A stretch of 64,000 nt of DNA from Nitrospirota bacterium (lineage in GTDB: Bacteria > Nitrospirota > Thermodesulfovibrionia > Thermodesulfovibrionales > UBA9159), in the NCBI GenBank assembly GCA_963699545.1, contig CAVOUE010000007.1, positions 32,001-96,000 of the forward strand. The letters run 5' to 3'. Position 1 is the first letter of the stretch; each line of letters starts with the position of its first letter. Position numbers and translations under genes: made by a program. Under the pieces are notes generated by a model. That model was not told the origin of the DNA, searched no databases, and saw nothing but the letters and a program-made list of their open reading frames with translations. Positions 22,438 to 34,305 of this stretch are shown in pieces.

Positions 22438-23362
22438 TCAGGCAATCTTTTCCATGAGGGCCTTTACCGCGGAAGACAGACCTTTCGAAATCCGCCCTCT
22501 CCTCTTCGTTCAATTCAAGTTCTATCACCTTCTCAATACCGCGGGCCCCGAGGACAGCCGGTACTCCGACGTAGATATCCCTGACGCCGTATTGCCCATC
22601 AAGATATGCGGCGCACGGCAGTATCCTTTTTTCATCGAAGAGAATCGCCCTGATCATCTGGTAGGTCGCAGCTGCAGGGGCATAATATGCGCTCCCCGTC
22701 TTCAGGAGGGACACGATCTCGGCGCCGCCGCCTCTCGTCCTTTCGATGAGGGACGCGATTTTGTCTGCCGGCAGCAACTTGGTTATCGGCACCCCTTTTA
22801 CCGTGGTGTACCGGGGCATGGGAACCATCTGATCCCCGTGTCCCCCCATCACAAGCGCTTCCACATCAACGGGAGAAACACCAAGCTCAAACGAGATGAA
22901 TGTCCTGAACCGCGAAGAATCAAGGACCCCGCCCATCCCGAACACCCTGTGATGGTCCGAGCCGGAGATCTTGCGGGCCACATAGGCCATCACATCCATG
23001 GGATTGGTGACGACGATCACCACCGCATCGGGAGAGAGCTTCGATGTCTCGGCAGCAACGGACTTCACAACCTCAGCGTTGGTCTTCAGGAGATCATCCC
23101 TGCTCATCCCCGGCTTCCGGGGAATGCCGGCAGTGATTACGATAACATCCGATTTTTCGGTATCACGATAACTGTTCGTGCCCTTTATGGAGACCGATGA
23201 GTTCCAGAGGGGACACGCTTCAGCCATGTCAAGGGCCTTGCCCTGGGGCATCCCCTCTGCGATGTCGAACAGCACCACATCCGCAATCCCGTCATGGGCA
23301 ATCAGCTGCGCCGTGGATGCGCCTACGTTTCCCCCGCCTATTACGGATACTTTCTTCCTCAT
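22438..23362 (-). CDS. mdh: Malate dehydrogenase, LDH-like (indel near 3' end)
   Basis: GGGNVG; TAGIPRKPGMSRDDL; GVLDSSRF; GGHGD; GSAYYAPA. Confidence 0.93.
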
Positions 23363-23397
23363 TTCAGCCACCCTTCATGCGATGAAATTTGAGACAT

Positions 23398-23426
23398 AGT
23401 ATAAATGAATGGGCGGAATTAGTAAA
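23398..23426 (-). promoter_or_regulatory. Sigma70-type promoter for mdh-ndk
   Basis: TTTACT-17 nt-TATACT. Confidence 0.55.
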
Positions 23427-23510
23427 TCAATTTTGCGTGTTGGGATTGCTCTCAGACGTTTCCTCCTGCCCCGAAGATACCGTTTGTATCATCGTGGAAT
23501 GAGAAAAAGA

Positions 23511-24812
23511 TCACTCTTCGGGACTCTTCACCGGAACCGTCTCCATCCTTACCTTCGCGATACGCTGGCCGACCATCTCCGACACGGTTATCTTCTTCCC
23601 CTCGATCTCTACTACATCGCTTATCCGCGGGATCCTCTGGAGAGTGGCGAGGAGAAACCCGCCCAGCGTGTCGTATTCCGTGGATTCGGGTATCTCGATC
23701 TGGTAGTCGTCTTCCAGGTCCTTTATGCTTATGGACGCATCGATGAGAAGGGTGCCGTCACTGAGCTGTATCACAGGGCTTTCGATGTCGTACTCGTCCC
23801 TTATCTCTCCGACGATCTCCTCGATGAGATCCTCCATGGTCACAAGGCCGGAAACCCCTCCGTACTCGTCGATGACCAGAGCCATATGGACCCTCTTTCG
23901 CTGCATCTCCCTCAGAAGATTGCTTATCTTCTTTGTCTCAGGGATGAAGAACGGCGGCTTGACCAGTTTTCTGACGTCCGCGTCACCCCGGGCCAGCGCG
24001 TTCAGGAAGTCCTTCGCATAGAGGATGCCCCGGATGTCATTGAGGTCTTTCCCCACGACCGGATAGCGGGAGAACTGTTCCTCGGCAATGGTGGATTTCA
24101 CTTCGTCCACCGACATGGTGAGGCTTATGGAAACCATGCGCGTGGACGGCACCATCACCTGATTTGCCGACATGTCCGTAAATTCGAAGACACTGTGGAT
24201 GAGTTCCTGCTCGGTGGGTTCAAACACCCCTTGCTCGCCTCCCTCCATGATGAGCATCTTCACCTCCTCCTCTGTCACATACGCTCTCTCGGTAAAGGGC
24301 TTCCTCCCGAAAGGTCTCAGGAGTAGATTGGTGCTGAAGGTCAGGACCTTCACAAAGGGGGCCGCGACCTTCGAGAACCCTTCCACAAGCTTTGCGATTC
24401 TCAGCCCGACCCCTTCGGGATGAGTGAGGGCCATGGATTTGGGGATAAGCTCGCCGAAGACAAGGGTAACATAGGTGATCACAAGCGCTACCATACCGAT
24501 GGAGATCGCCTCGCTGGAGACCGCAACCGGCTTATAGGGCAGTTCACTGATGAGCGGCTTTATAACCTGCACCGCGGCAGCACCGCCGATGGTCGACGCA
24601 AGAACACTGGCAAGGGTTATGGCGATCTGGATGGTGGCAAGGAACCGGTCAGGCTCCTCCTTGAACCTCAGAAGGATTTCCGCGTTCCTGTCGTTCTCTT
24701 CCGCGAGCTGTTTCAGTCTGCTCTTCCGTGCAGCAACCACCGCAATCTCCGCGGCGGCAAAGAGACCGTTCAGGCAGATGAAAAACAGGATAAGAAGGAT
24801 GTTAAACCACAT
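23511..24812 (-). CDS. CNNM/CorB (hemolysin-family) DUF21-CBS-CBS-CorC membrane protein
   Basis: NGLFAAAEIA; FGELIPK; FSRYPV; DEYGGVSGLVTMEDLIEEIVGEI; YDTLGG. Confidence 0.92.
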   Translation of the reverse strand: MWFNILLILFFICLNGLFAAAEIAVVAARKSRLKQLAEENDRNAEILLRFKEEPDRFLATIQIAITLASVLASTIGGAAAVQVIKPLISELPYKPVAVSSEAISIGMVALVITYVTLVFGELIPKSMALTHPEGVGLRIAKLVEGFSKVAAPFVKVLTFSTNLLLRPFGRKPFTERAYVTEEEVKMLIMEGGEQGVFEPTEQELIHSVFEFTDMSANQVMVPSTRMVSISLTMSVDEVKSTIAEEQFSRYPVVGKDLNDIRGILYAKDFLNALARGDADVRKLVKPPFFIPETKKISNLLREMQRKRVHMALVIDEYGGVSGLVTMEDLIEEIVGEIRDEYDIESPVIQLSDGTLLIDASISIKDLEDDYQIEIPESTEYDTLGGFLLATLQRIPRISDVVEIEGKKITVSEMVGQRIAKVRMETVPVKSPEE

Positions 24813-24932
24813 CGGAATTCATCCTGAATAGCGGCAGCAATGCCTGCGTTCCATTGTCAGCTGATCGGCTTTCCTGAAGCTTTGCAGTATGGGGCTCTCT
24901 TCGCGGTGAACAGTCGCTTTCCATCGTGACGG

Positions 24933-26012
24933 TTAGGCCATTTTCTCGATGATGGCATCCGCAACCCTCGATGTGGTCGCGGCAGTCACGTCATCCGGGG
25001 TCGGTTTCATGTCGTAGGTGACATCCCTGCCTTCTGCGATAACTGAAGCAACGGCTCGTTCCAAACGCTGCGCCGCTCCTGTTTCGCCGAGGTGAATAAG
25101 CATCATCACTCCTGACAATATCATAGCAATGGGATTCATCTTATTCAAGCCCTTGTACTTCGGGGCGCTGCCGTGGGTGGGCTCAAACACCGCCATCTCG
25201 TCTCCGATATTCGCACCAGGCGCAAGCCCGAGACCCCCGATGAGGCCTGCTCCCAGGTCGGACACCACGTCACCGTACAGGTTCGGAAGCACCAGCACGT
25301 CGTACAGTTCAGGCTTCTGCACAAGCTGCATGCACATATTGTCGATGATCCTATCCTCAAATTCGATGTCGGAGTAGCGTGCAGCGACATCCCGCGCCAC
25401 CTCAAGAAAGAGCCCGTCGGAGAACTTCATGATGTTCGCCTTGTGAACCGCGGTCACTTTCTTCCTCTTGTTCTTTCTTGCATACTCAAAGGCAAACTTC
25501 ACAATGCGCTCGCTGGCGGATACCGAGATCGCTTTTATGCTTATCCCCGAATCGGGAGGTATCTTTCTTCCCGTCGTCTCCCTGATAAAATCAATGAGAC
25601 GCACGGCATCGCCGGAGCTTTTCTGGAATTCGATCCCTGCATAGAGGTCTTCCGTATTCTCCCTCACGATAATGATATCGATATCGTCGTATCGCGTCCT
25701 CGCTCCCCTGAAACTCATGCACGGCCTCAGGCAGCAATAGAGATCAAGGGTCTGTCTGAGAGTGACGTTCACACTCCGGAAGCCGGTACCTACAGGGGTT
25801 GTTACCGGTCCTTTTATGGCGATCTTATTTTTCCTGATCGAATCGATGACGCGCTGCGGAAGAGGTGTGCCTTCTTTTTCGTAGACATCCACTCCGGCAT
25901 CCTGTATCTCCCATCGGATCGGCACCCCCGTGGCATCGATGACCCGCCTTGCCGCTTCCGCTATTTCCGGCCCGACGCCGTCACCCGGTATCAAGGTTAT
26001 CGTGTATTTCAT
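24933..26012 (-). CDS. icd: Isocitrate dehydrogenase, probably NADP-dependent
   Basis: [11 protein letters not shown] (S-x-N isocitrate motif); HKANIMK; HGSAPKY and VTYD NADP-type residues. Confidence 0.8.
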   Translation of the reverse strand: MKYTITLIPGDGVGPEIAEAARRVIDATGVPIRWEIQDAGVDVYEKEGTPLPQRVIDSIRKNKIAIKGPVTTPVGTGFRSVNVTLRQTLDLYCCLRPCMSFRGARTRYDDIDIIIVRENTEDLYAGIEFQKSSGDAVRLIDFIRETTGRKIPPDSGISIKAISVSASERIVKFAFEYARKNKRKKVTAVHKANIMKFSDGLFLEVARDVAARYSDIEFEDRIIDNMCMQLVQKPELYDVLVLPNLYGDVVSDLGAGLIGGLGLAPGANIGDEMAVFEPTHGSAPKYKGLNKMNPIAMILSGVMMLIHLGETGAAQRLERAVASVIAEGRDVTYDMKPTPDDVTAATTSRVADAIIEKMA

Positions 26013-27244
26013 GGGTTCACCGTAAGGATCTTTCTGACAACGTCCGGATAACTCGCAATCAGCCGGAGTTCGTCGTCGGTGAGTGGTTTCTGTGTATGAA
26101 GATTCGCGTACTGGACCAGTTCCAGGATCGTCCTCGCATCATTGTCAGTGCTGAAATGGATCCCCAGCTTGTCGTACACATGCCTGAAGCCCTTGACCCC
26201 GCCGTATTCACCGGTGGTGATGATCCTACCGGTTTCATGCAATTCCAGCTCACCCCTGCCCACGTCCTCGGGGTCATAAAGCTCATAGCTCCTCCGGTCC
26301 TTCAAAGCGCCGTCGGCATGAATGCCCGACTCATGGGCAAAGGCATTTGCCCCCACCCCGGGCTGATTTATGGGTATCGGGATATGAAAGGCATACGATG
26401 CATACTTTGCCATCTTCCATGCCTTTTTCAGGTCAACATGCTCATCCAGGGGGATCTTCGTCTTCAGCCCGTGGGAGAACTTCAGCGCGAGGATCGTAGA
26501 AACGAGGTCGCAATTGCCGGCGCGTTCCCCGTATCCGTTGATCGTCGTATTAATGTAGGCGTCCACACCGCTGTCTATCGCTCCCTGGGCCCCTGCCACG
26601 GATACCGCCTCAGCCATGCCGAGGTCATTGTGGCAGTGCATCTCGATGGGGAATCTGGTAGCCAGGGTCAGGGCCTTAATGGTCTCGTATATGGTAATGG
26701 GATCGTCCACTCCAAGGGTATCGCAATACCGGAACCTGTCCGCTCCTGCTTCCTTCCCCGCCTGCACGAATTCGATGAGCTTGCTCAGTTCGGTCCTGGA
26801 GGCATCCTCCGCGTTCACACCGAGGGTCTCCACACTCAGCTCCTTCGCACGCTTCACCGATTTCACCAGGGAATCCATGATGTCCTTCCAGGTCTTCCTC
26901 CCCTGGAATTTTCCCCGGATCATAATGTCCGACGTGGACATGGAGATATTCAGGTGTTTGATCTCCGGACAGTTCTTGAAGGCCAGCTCGATATCTTCAG
27001 GCACCGCCCTGCACCAACCCTCCAGGTGAATCCTCTTTATCGCGCCGACTTTCACCAGTTCAAGGTTGGCATTCACATAGTTCACTTCATGCTTCAGCGT
27101 GGGGAACCCTATCTCGCTCTGGTAAAAACCCATCTCATCCAGATAGAGGTTCAACATGGTCTTTGAGAGTTTCGGCAGCAGTATCCTCGATGTCTGGACA
27201 CCGTCCCTATTGGTCACGTCGATGAGATATACTTTGTGGTGCAT
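26009..27244 (-). CDS. DRE-TIM Claisen-condensing enzyme (homocitrate synthase-like), probable Re-citrate synthase
   Basis: [28 protein letters not shown]; no LeuA regulatory domain; overlaps icd start. Confidence 0.7.
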   Translation of the reverse strand: MHHKVYLIDVTNRDGVQTSRILLPKLSKTMLNLYLDEMGFYQSEIGFPTLKHEVNYVNANLELVKVGAIKRIHLEGWCRAVPEDIELAFKNCPEIKHLNISMSTSDIMIRGKFQGRKTWKDIMDSLVKSVKRAKELSVETLGVNAEDASRTELSKLIEFVQAGKEAGADRFRYCDTLGVDDPITIYETIKALTLATRFPIEMHCHNDLGMAEAVSVAGAQGAIDSGVDAYINTTINGYGERAGNCDLVSTILALKFSHGLKTKIPLDEHVDLKKAWKMAKYASYAFHIPIPINQPGVGANAFAHESGIHADGALKDRRSYELYDPEDVGRGELELHETGRIITTGEYGGVKGFRHVYDKLGIHFSTDNDARTILELVQYANLHTQKPLTDDELRLIASYPDVVRKILTVNP

Positions 27245-27536
27245 TAAGGCCAAACCCCTTTCGCCGGCATTTCGTTTATAATGGAGCGGTATTATAACTA
27301 AAAAGCCCCTGAGTATAGCAAGTTATTGCAATTTTCTCCCGGTTATGGACAATGGAATAGAGACGGCAGTGTTCTGTTCTCTGGTATTGCATGCCCGCGC
27401 GAACGGCGAAAAGGAGGCTGGAGAGGCAAAATCTTCCGCTTTGTTACGGGGGGTTGCCGGGGGGGTTGAAAAGGACTGGAAAATAAAAAGATTTCTCTGT
27501 TAAAATTATAGCCGTCTTTTTGGGGGAGGTGTCCGG

Positions 27537-28271
27537 ATGGAATTTAAAGGTCAGGTTGCCCTCGTCACCGGGGGTGCACGGGGCATAGGCAGGGCGATAG
27601 CAGAAGCCCTTGCCGGAAAAGGCGCTGATATAGTCATCGCTGATATACATCTCGATGAGGCGAAGGAAACCGCAGCAGCAGTGGCCGGCGTTGGTGTCAG
27701 GACCATGGCCGTGCAGCTTGATGTGTCTCACTCAGGGGAGGTGATAAAGACTTTTGGTGCTATCGTGAAAGAATTCGGGAGGCTGGACATCCTCGTCAAT
27801 AATGCGGGAATAACCAAGGACAGCCTTCTGCTCAGGATGAAGGAGGAAGACTGGGACGCGGTCATCAACGTGAATCTGAAAGGGGTGTTCCTCTGTTCAA
27901 AGGAGGCGGTGAGGATTATGGCAAAGCAGCGCTACGGAAGGATCGTGAATATCGCCTCCGTGGTCGCCTTCATGGGCAATCCCGGACAGGCGAACTACAG
28001 CGCCTCAAAGGCGGGCATTGTCGGGTTGACAAAGACCATCGCGAAGGAATATGCGAGCAGAGGGATAACCGCCAATGCTGTTGCCCCGGGCTTTATCATG
28101 ACGGCGATGACCGATGCGCTCCCTGAGAACGTGAAGGATGAAATGAAAAAAGCGATTCCTATGGCCAGGTTCGGAACCATAGATGATGTTGCTGCCGCTG
28201 TCGCATTCCTCGCATCGAACGGATACATCACGGGCCAGGTGGTCCATGTGAACGGCGGTATGTATATGTAA
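27537..28271 (+). CDS. fabG: 3-oxoacyl-ACP reductase
   Basis: [19 protein letters not shown]; precedes acpP. Confidence 0.96.
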   Translation: MEFKGQVALVTGGARGIGRAIAEALAGKGADIVIADIHLDEAKETAAAVAGVGVRTMAVQLDVSHSGEVIKTFGAIVKEFGRLDILVNNAGITKDSLLLRMKEEDWDAVINVNLKGVFLCSKEAVRIMAKQRYGRIVNIASVVAFMGNPGQANYSASKAGIVGLTKTIAKEYASRGITANAVAPGFIMTAMTDALPENVKDEMKKAIPMARFGTIDDVAAAVAFLASNGYITGQVVHVNGGMYM

Positions 28272-28282
28272 GTCGCTGATGA

Positions 28283-28316
28283 GGATTTCAGGTTCATGGC
28301 CGAGAACCTGAAATCC
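28283..28316 (+). other. Perfect 13-bp stem-loop between fabG and acpP
   Basis: GGATTTCAGGTTC-8 nt-GAACCTGAAATCC; no U tract. Confidence 0.7.
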
Positions 28317-28362
28317 CCAGTTGAACATCTGCAATTGTAAAATTTAATAAGGAGGTGCAACG

Positions 28363-28593
28363 ATGGTTGACGAAAAAGTGAAGGAGATTATCGCAAAACA
28401 GCTCGGGGTGAACCCGACGGAAGTGACCCCTGAGGCATCATTTGTAGAGGACCTTGGAGCAGACTCACTGGATACCGTGGAACTCGTCATGGCGTTTGAA
28501 GAGGCATTCAACATAGAGATACCTGACGAGGACGCCGAAAAGATCGCGAAGGTGAAAGACGCGGTTGAGTATATCAAGAACAAGATGGCATAG
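28363..28593 (+). CDS. acpP: Acyl carrier protein
   Basis: [14 protein letters not shown]. Confidence 0.97.
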   Translation: MVDEKVKEIIAKQLGVNPTEVTPEASFVEDLGADSLDTVELVMAFEEAFNIEIPDEDAEKIAKVKDAVEYIKNKMA

Positions 28594-28608
28594 GGTTTTG
28601 TAAAGAGC

Positions 28609-29858
28609 ATGGAAAGACGTCGCGTTGTTGTAACAGGATTGGGACTGGTCACCCCTCTGGGGACAGGAGTGAAGGCTTCCTGGGAGGCACTGCTCGAAGG
28701 GAGATCGGGGATAGGTGTCATCAGGACCTTTGATTCCTCGGATCTCCCGGTCCATATCGCAGGAGAGGTGAAGGACTTTGATCCGCTCCGGTATATAGAG
28801 CCGAAGGAAGTGAAGAAGATGGACCGGTTCATTCACTTCGCTGTCGCTGCTTCCACCATGGCGATGGAGGATTCAGGCCTGAAGATCACACCGGAGAACG
28901 CGGAGAGGGTCGGTGTCATTATCGGCTCCGGCATGGGAGGCCTTCCCGCAATAGAGCACTATCACAAGACCTATCTCGAAAAAGGGTACCGGAGGATCAG
29001 CCCGTTCTTTATCCCGATGCTTATCATCAACCTCGCATCCGGGCAGGTCTCCATAAAGTTCGGGGCAAAGGGCCCGAACTCTGCGGTAGCCACAGCATGC
29101 GCAACGGGAAGCCATGCGATAGGAGACGCCTATAAGGTCATCCAGCGGGGCGATGCCGATGTGATGATCGCGGGAGGCACCGAGTCGGTGATCACCCCTA
29201 TGGCTATCGGGGGATTCGCCGTGATGAAGGCGCTCTCTACGCGGAATGAAGATCCCGGGCATGCAAGCAGACCCTTTGACAGCGGCAGGGACGGGTTTGT
29301 CATGGGCGAAGGGGCCGGGATCGTGATCCTCGAATCCCTCGATAACGCGACGAAGAGGAATGCAAAGGTCTATGCGGAGATCGCCGGCTACGGCATGACC
29401 AGCGACGCGTATCACATCACCTCCCCGGCGCCTGAAGGTGCAGGTGCAGCGGCCTGCATGAAAGCGACCCTCAAGGATGCGGGAGTTCTCCCCTGAGATG
29501 GTCGATTATATCAACGCGCACGGGACATCGACAAAATACGGCGACGAACTGGAAACAGCGGCCATCAAGAAGGTCTTTAAAGAACACGCTTACAAGCTCT
29601 CGGTGAGTTCCACAAAATCCATGACCGGACATCTTCTCGGCGCCGCGGGAGGTGTGGAGACCGTTATTGCTGTCCTCAGCGTCCGGAACAATGTGATCCC
29701 TCCCACCATCAACCTCGACAATCCCGATCCGGAATGCGACCTCGATTATGTTCCCCACAAGCCGAGGCACAGGGATGTGGAATGCGCACTCTCTAACTCC
29801 TTTGGGTTTGGCGGGACAAATGCCTGTTCTCCTCTTCAAGAAATTTAGAAACGCTTGA
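28609..29858 (+). CDS. fabF: 3-oxoacyl-ACP synthase II (indels near 29490 and 29827)
   Basis: [34 protein letters not shown]. Confidence 0.95.
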
Positions 29859-30537
29859 AAGGAACCTCGGCTACTCCTTTAAGGACAGGACGCTCCTCAT
29901 CGAGGCACTGACCCACCGGTCATACCACCACGAGAACCCGGAAAGGGTGTCTTCCTACAATGAGCGGCTCGAGTTCATAGGCGACTCGGTCCTCGGGCTC
30001 GTCGTGGTCGAATATCTCTTCCGCTACAGCAAGGATTTTTCAGAATCGGAGATGTCGGAGATCAAATCCTTTATCGTGAGGGGTTCCCTGCTTTCCGAGA
30101 TAGCAGCAGGCGCATCCCTCGGCACGCATGTGCGGTTGGGGAGAGGAGAGGAAGAGACAGGAGGAAGGGCCAAGGGATCCATTCTCGCCAATGCCATGGA
30201 AGCGGTTTTTGGCGCTGTTTATCTCGATGGGGGGTATGAGGCTGCAAGGAATTTTATCCTCCACCTTCTGAGGGAAAGGATCATAGCGGTGATATCCTCC
30301 GGCCAGTACCACAACTTCAAGACGGAGCTCCAGGAGGAAAGCCAGATGCGTTTCGGGGTGCTGCCAGAGTACCGGATCGTAAGCCAGGAAGGGGAGGAAC
30401 ATCGCAAGACTTTCACTGCGGATGTTTCTATCGCGGGAAAAACGTTCGGGCGCGGCGCAGGAAAGAACAAGAAGGAAGCCCAGACCGCAGCTGCGAAAGA
30501 GGCGATGGAGAGATTAAAAAAGGACCCGGCGCCGTAG
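29820..30537 (+). CDS. rnc: Ribonuclease III (start restored by removing one T near 29827)
   Basis: [20 protein letters not shown]; dsRBD KTELQE...[12 protein letters not shown]. Confidence 0.94.
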
Positions 30538-30570
30538 TGTGACCGTTCGATACCTCAAGAGCGCTACCCC

Positions 30571-30972
30571 TTATCTGCCAGACGACTCAGCATACCCGCC
30601 GCCGGTTTCGAGGACCACAAAAGCGATGCCGTAATCCCGTTCGTGGCTCAGGCTGAGGTGCGCTTTCCGCAGAGCTTTGTCTCTGAAGAGTTCTTCAAGC
30701 CTGCCCTTCGGTCGTATGCAGGGAGCGCCGTTCTCCCCGCTCACCACCTCGATATCCGTGAGGGGAATGAATGGTGATGAACCCATGGCCTTTATCAATG
30801 CTTCTTTTGCGGCGAACCGAACGGACAGGGAAGGATAGGGATTGTTCTTTCTGCGGCAGTACGAGATCTCGTTTCCGGTGAAGACCCTCTGGAGGAATTT
30901 TTCCCCCCACCTTTCCACCGCTTCCTTCATCCTCTCAACTTTTACGATATCTATGCCGATTCCGTAAATCAT
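30571..30972 (-). CDS. acpS: Holo-ACP synthase
   Basis: GIGIDIV; RFAAKEALIKA; LSLSHE. Confidence 0.95.
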   Translation of the reverse strand: MIYGIGIDIVKVERMKEAVERWGEKFLQRVFTGNEISYCRRKNNPYPSLSVRFAAKEALIKAMGSSPFIPLTDIEVVSGENGAPCIRPKGRLEELFRDKALRKAHLSLSHERDYGIAFVVLETGGGYAESSGR

Positions 30973-30983
30973 ATCAACAGGGT

Positions 30984-31694
30984 TCAAGGGTTTATTAGTT
31001 CCCCCATCTCCCTCACCGCCCGTTCCATTCCCACAAGCACCGCCCTGGAAACAATGCTGTGCCCTATGTAAAGCCCCCTCAGTCCCTCAATACACGCCAC
31101 AGGCTTTACATTGAAATAATTGAGCCCATGCCCTGCGTTGGCCTTCAATCCGCCCTGCCCTGCCACCTTCACCGCATCCCCGACCCGCAGCAGTTCCCTC
31201 TTCTCTTTCGGGCCTCTCGCATTGGCATAGAGACCGGTATGTATCTCCACCATATCGGCGCCGAGGTTCCGTGCGATATCAACGTCCATAGTGGAGGGGT
31301 TAATGAAGAGACTGACCGGAATCCCCGCGCCATGGATCTTCCTGATCGCCTTAGCGATGTTCGCCTTCCGGCCCGCCAGATCAAGGCCGCCCTCCGTGGT
31401 CAGTTCCTGGCGCTTCTCAGGGACAAGGGTGACCATGTCAGGCTTTATCGACACGGCGATCCTGATCATCTCGTCCGTGGCCGCCATTTCAAGGTTCAGT
31501 TCCACCGGCACCGTTTCCCTCAGGAGTTTCAGGTCCCTGTCCCTTATATGGCGCCGGTCTTCCCTGAGATGCACGGTAATACCATCCGCGCCGCCAAGGA
31601 TCGCAAGAGTCGCAGCCATGACAGGGTCAGGCTCGGCCCCCTTCCTCGCCTCCCTGATGGTCGCGATATGGTCAACATTCACCCCGAGAATCAT
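30984..31694 (-). CDS. pdxJ: Pyridoxine 5'-phosphate synthase
   Basis: [41 protein letters not shown]. Confidence 0.96.
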   Translation of the reverse strand: MILGVNVDHIATIREARKGAEPDPVMAATLAILGGADGITVHLREDRRHIRDRDLKLLRETVPVELNLEMAATDEMIRIAVSIKPDMVTLVPEKRQELTTEGGLDLAGRKANIAKAIRKIHGAGIPVSLFINPSTMDVDIARNLGADMVEIHTGLYANARGPKEKRELLRVGDAVKVAGQGGLKANAGHGLNYFNVKPVACIEGLRGLYIGHSIVSRAVLVGMERAVREMGELINP

Positions 31695-31795
31695 GGACAG
31701 CCTCCTTGTGAACATATGCCGCTTGCTCACTCTAGATAATAACGGAATCAGGTAAAATTTGCCATATCCCGCCGGAAAACGGGGTTGGGCGAACA

Positions 31796-31824
31796 TTGTC
31801 ATTTGCTCAAGGTTACCGTATACT
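31796..31824 (+). promoter_or_regulatory. Sigma70-type promoter for the signalling cluster
   Basis: TTGTCA-17 nt-TATACT, about 165 nt upstream of the ATG at 31989. Confidence 0.6.
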
Positions 31825-31988
31825 AACTGAAGGGTGAGACGCAAGACTCTCCCGCTCATGGGAGGCGCGGCATGAAGAATACGGACGCTTGGCTCTCTCT
31901 TTCCGTCACCATCGCATATCTCCCGGCACATTGCTCCGGAAATCCAGTGTCTTGAGGGAATGAATCCATTGCGGAAGGAACCTGAATA

Positions 31989-34301
31989 ATGGTAAAAGCA
32001 AGAATCCTTGTGGTCGAAGATGAAAAGCTGCTTTCCGAGGAGATACGGCACATGCTGGAAAGACTCGGATATGAAATTGCCGGCATCGCTTCCTCCGGAG
32101 AGGACGCGATCGGCAGGGCGGCGGCAACACACCCAGATCTGGCGCTGATGGATATCGTGCTTAAAGGGAGTGTGGACGGGGTGAAGGCCGCTGAACATAT
32201 CAGCGCGCGTCTCGACATCCCCGTGGTGTATCTTTCTGCACATGCGGACGAAACGACGTTGCACCGGCTGAAGATAACAGAGCCGTACGGCTACATTCTC
32301 AAGCCGTTTGACGAAAGAGAACTGCATACCAATATCGAGATAGCCCTCTACAGACACCGGACGGAAAGGACGTTAAGGGAGAGCGGGGAAATACTACGGG
32401 TATCTCTCGAAAGGGCCGAAACGGAAACAGCCAGGGCAGAGGCGATCATTGCAGCCATTGGAGACGGAATGAGCATTCAGGATACCGACTACAAGATCTT
32501 ATATCAAAATCAGATCCATAAAGCTTTGGTCGGGGATCACGTTGGCGAGTACTGCTACAAAGCATACGACTTTAGAGACGATGTTTGTGAGGGCTGTCCT
32601 GTGGCACTGTCTTTTAAGGACGGCAAGACCCACACCGTGGAAAAGAGCAACCCCACAAGGAAATTGCTCGTTGAGATCACTGCGTCACCCGTAAAAGATG
32701 CATCCGGCAAGATCATAGCAGGAATCGAGATTGCGAGGGACATTACCCGGCGCAAGCAGTCGGAGGAGGCGCTGCGGGAAAGTGAAGAACGCTACCGCAA
32801 CCTCTTTGAGAACGCCCATGACATGATACAGAGCGTGGACGCAGAAGGAAAGTTCATTTTCGTGAACAGCTCATGGTTGAGGATCCTGGGGTATACTGCG
32901 GAGGACCTTCAGAAGATGACCCTGTTTGGTATTCTCCACCGGGACTGCAAAGATCACTGCATGGCCGTCTTCGGGAAGGTACTGAGCGGTGAAGCCGTGG
33001 ACAATATTGAGGGAACGTTCGTTGCAAAAGACGGGCGGCCGGTCCATGTTGAAGGGAATGTGAGCGTGCGCTCAGCCGGCGGAAAAGTGATCGCCACCCA
33101 GGGGATCTTCCGCGACGTAACCGAGCGCAAGAAAGCAGAAGCGGAAAGGGAGAAGTTGGAAGTGCAACTCCTCCATGCCCAGAAGATGGAAGCCATCGGG
33201 ACGCTGACGGGCGGCATCGCCCATGAATTCAACAATATCATGACCGTGATCATGGGCTATGGTGAGTTCCTGCAGGAGGGACTGGACAAGGATAACCCGT
33301 TATCCCATTATGTCGACTTGATGCAGGCTTCTGCTATTCGGGCAACCCAGCTGACGCGGAGTTTGCTGGCATACAGCAGGAAACAGATCATCAATCCCCG
33401 ACCGGTGAATTTGGACGATACGGTGCAGAACGTGGGAAGACTTCTCTCGAAGCTGATCGGTGAGAACATAGAGCTCAGGATTACCTCTGCGGACGATGGG
33501 ATAAGTATAATGGCGGATTCCGGCCAGATAGAGCAAGTGCTGATCAACCTTGCCACAAACGCAAGGGACGCCATGCCCGGAGGAGGGTTGCTGACCATTC
33601 GTACCGCCCCCATCACGCTGGACCATGAATTTGTGATAAGGCACGGGTACGGGAAACCCGGAAGGTATGCCGCGATATCGGTCAGCGATAGCGGCATTGG
33701 CATGGATGACAAGACAAGGGAAAGGATATTTGAGCCGTTCTTTACCACCAAGGAATCGGGCAAGGGCACGGGACTCGGGCTTGCCATGGTCTACGGGATA
33801 GTCAAACAGCACGACGGGTATATCAACGTATACAGTGAACCGGGGAAAGGCACAACCTTCAAAATATTCCTGCCTTTGACCAAACCTGGGGAAGGGTCGA
33901 AAACGGCTGTCCTCCCCCCTGCCAGGCGGGGCACGGAAACGGTCCTCGTTGCAGAAGATGATGCGGCGGTGAGAAGACTCACAAGGGATGTCCTCGAGAA
34001 AGCAGGGTACAAGGTCATCGTGGCGGAAGACGGTGAAGATGCGCTCCATAAGTTCCTTGAGAGCAGGGACGACATCAGTCTGCTCGTTCTTGACGTAATG
34101 ATGCCCAAGAAGACCGGCCAGGAGGCTTTTCAGGAGATCAGAAAGGTGAAACCGGACGTGAAGGCGCTGTTCATGAGCGGTTATACGACCGATCTCCTGC
34201 AAAGGGACTGGACCCTGGAAGAGGGAATGACCTTTTTGCCGAAACCCGTCTCACCCAATGAGCTTGCGAGAAAGGTGAGGGACCTTCTGGACAACGGATA
34301 A
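31989..34301 (+). CDS. Cytoplasmic hybrid histidine kinase REC-PAS-PAS-HisKA-HATPase-REC
   Basis: N-terminal [13 protein letters not shown]-box; NARDAMP; FFTTK; GTGLGL; C-terminal REC. Confidence 0.93.
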   Translation: MVKARILVVEDEKLLSEEIRHMLERLGYEIAGIASSGEDAIGRAAATHPDLALMDIVLKGSVDGVKAAEHISARLDIPVVYLSAHADETTLHRLKITEPYGYILKPFDERELHTNIEIALYRHRTERTLRESGEILRVSLERAETETARAEAIIAAIGDGMSIQDTDYKILYQNQIHKALVGDHVGEYCYKAYDFRDDVCEGCPVALSFKDGKTHTVEKSNPTRKLLVEITASPVKDASGKIIAGIEIARDITRRKQSEEALRESEERYRNLFENAHDMIQSVDAEGKFIFVNSSWLRILGYTAEDLQKMTLFGILHRDCKDHCMAVFGKVLSGEAVDNIEGTFVAKDGRPVHVEGNVSVRSAGGKVIATQGIFRDVTERKKAEAEREKLEVQLLHAQKMEAIGTLTGGIAHEFNNIMTVIMGYGEFLQEGLDKDNPLSHYVDLMQASAIRATQLTRSLLAYSRKQIINPRPVNLDDTVQNVGRLLSKLIGENIELRITSADDGISIMADSGQIEQVLINLATNARDAMPGGGLLTIRTAPITLDHEFVIRHGYGKPGRYAAISVSDSGIGMDDKTRERIFEPFFTTKESGKGTGLGLAMVYGIVKQHDGYINVYSEPGKGTTFKIFLPLTKPGEGSKTAVLPPARRGTETVLVAEDDAAVRRLTRDVLEKAGYKVIVAEDGEDALHKFLESRDDISLLVLDVMMPKKTGQEAFQEIRKVKPDVKALFMSGYTTDLLQRDWTLEEGMTFLPKPVSPNELARKVRDLLDNG

Positions 34302-34305
34302 CACG

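Noticed and set aside
31825-31988. c-di-GMP-I riboswitch in the long leader (GACGCAAG resembles GACGCAAAGC)
   Set aside because: The GGCAAAC...GAAA P2 arm and the P1 pairing are missing.
31695-32357. ~220-aa N-terminal extension of the pdxJ ORF
   Set aside because: It overlaps the divergent kinase gene; PdxJ homology and a GGAGG RBS place the start at 31694.
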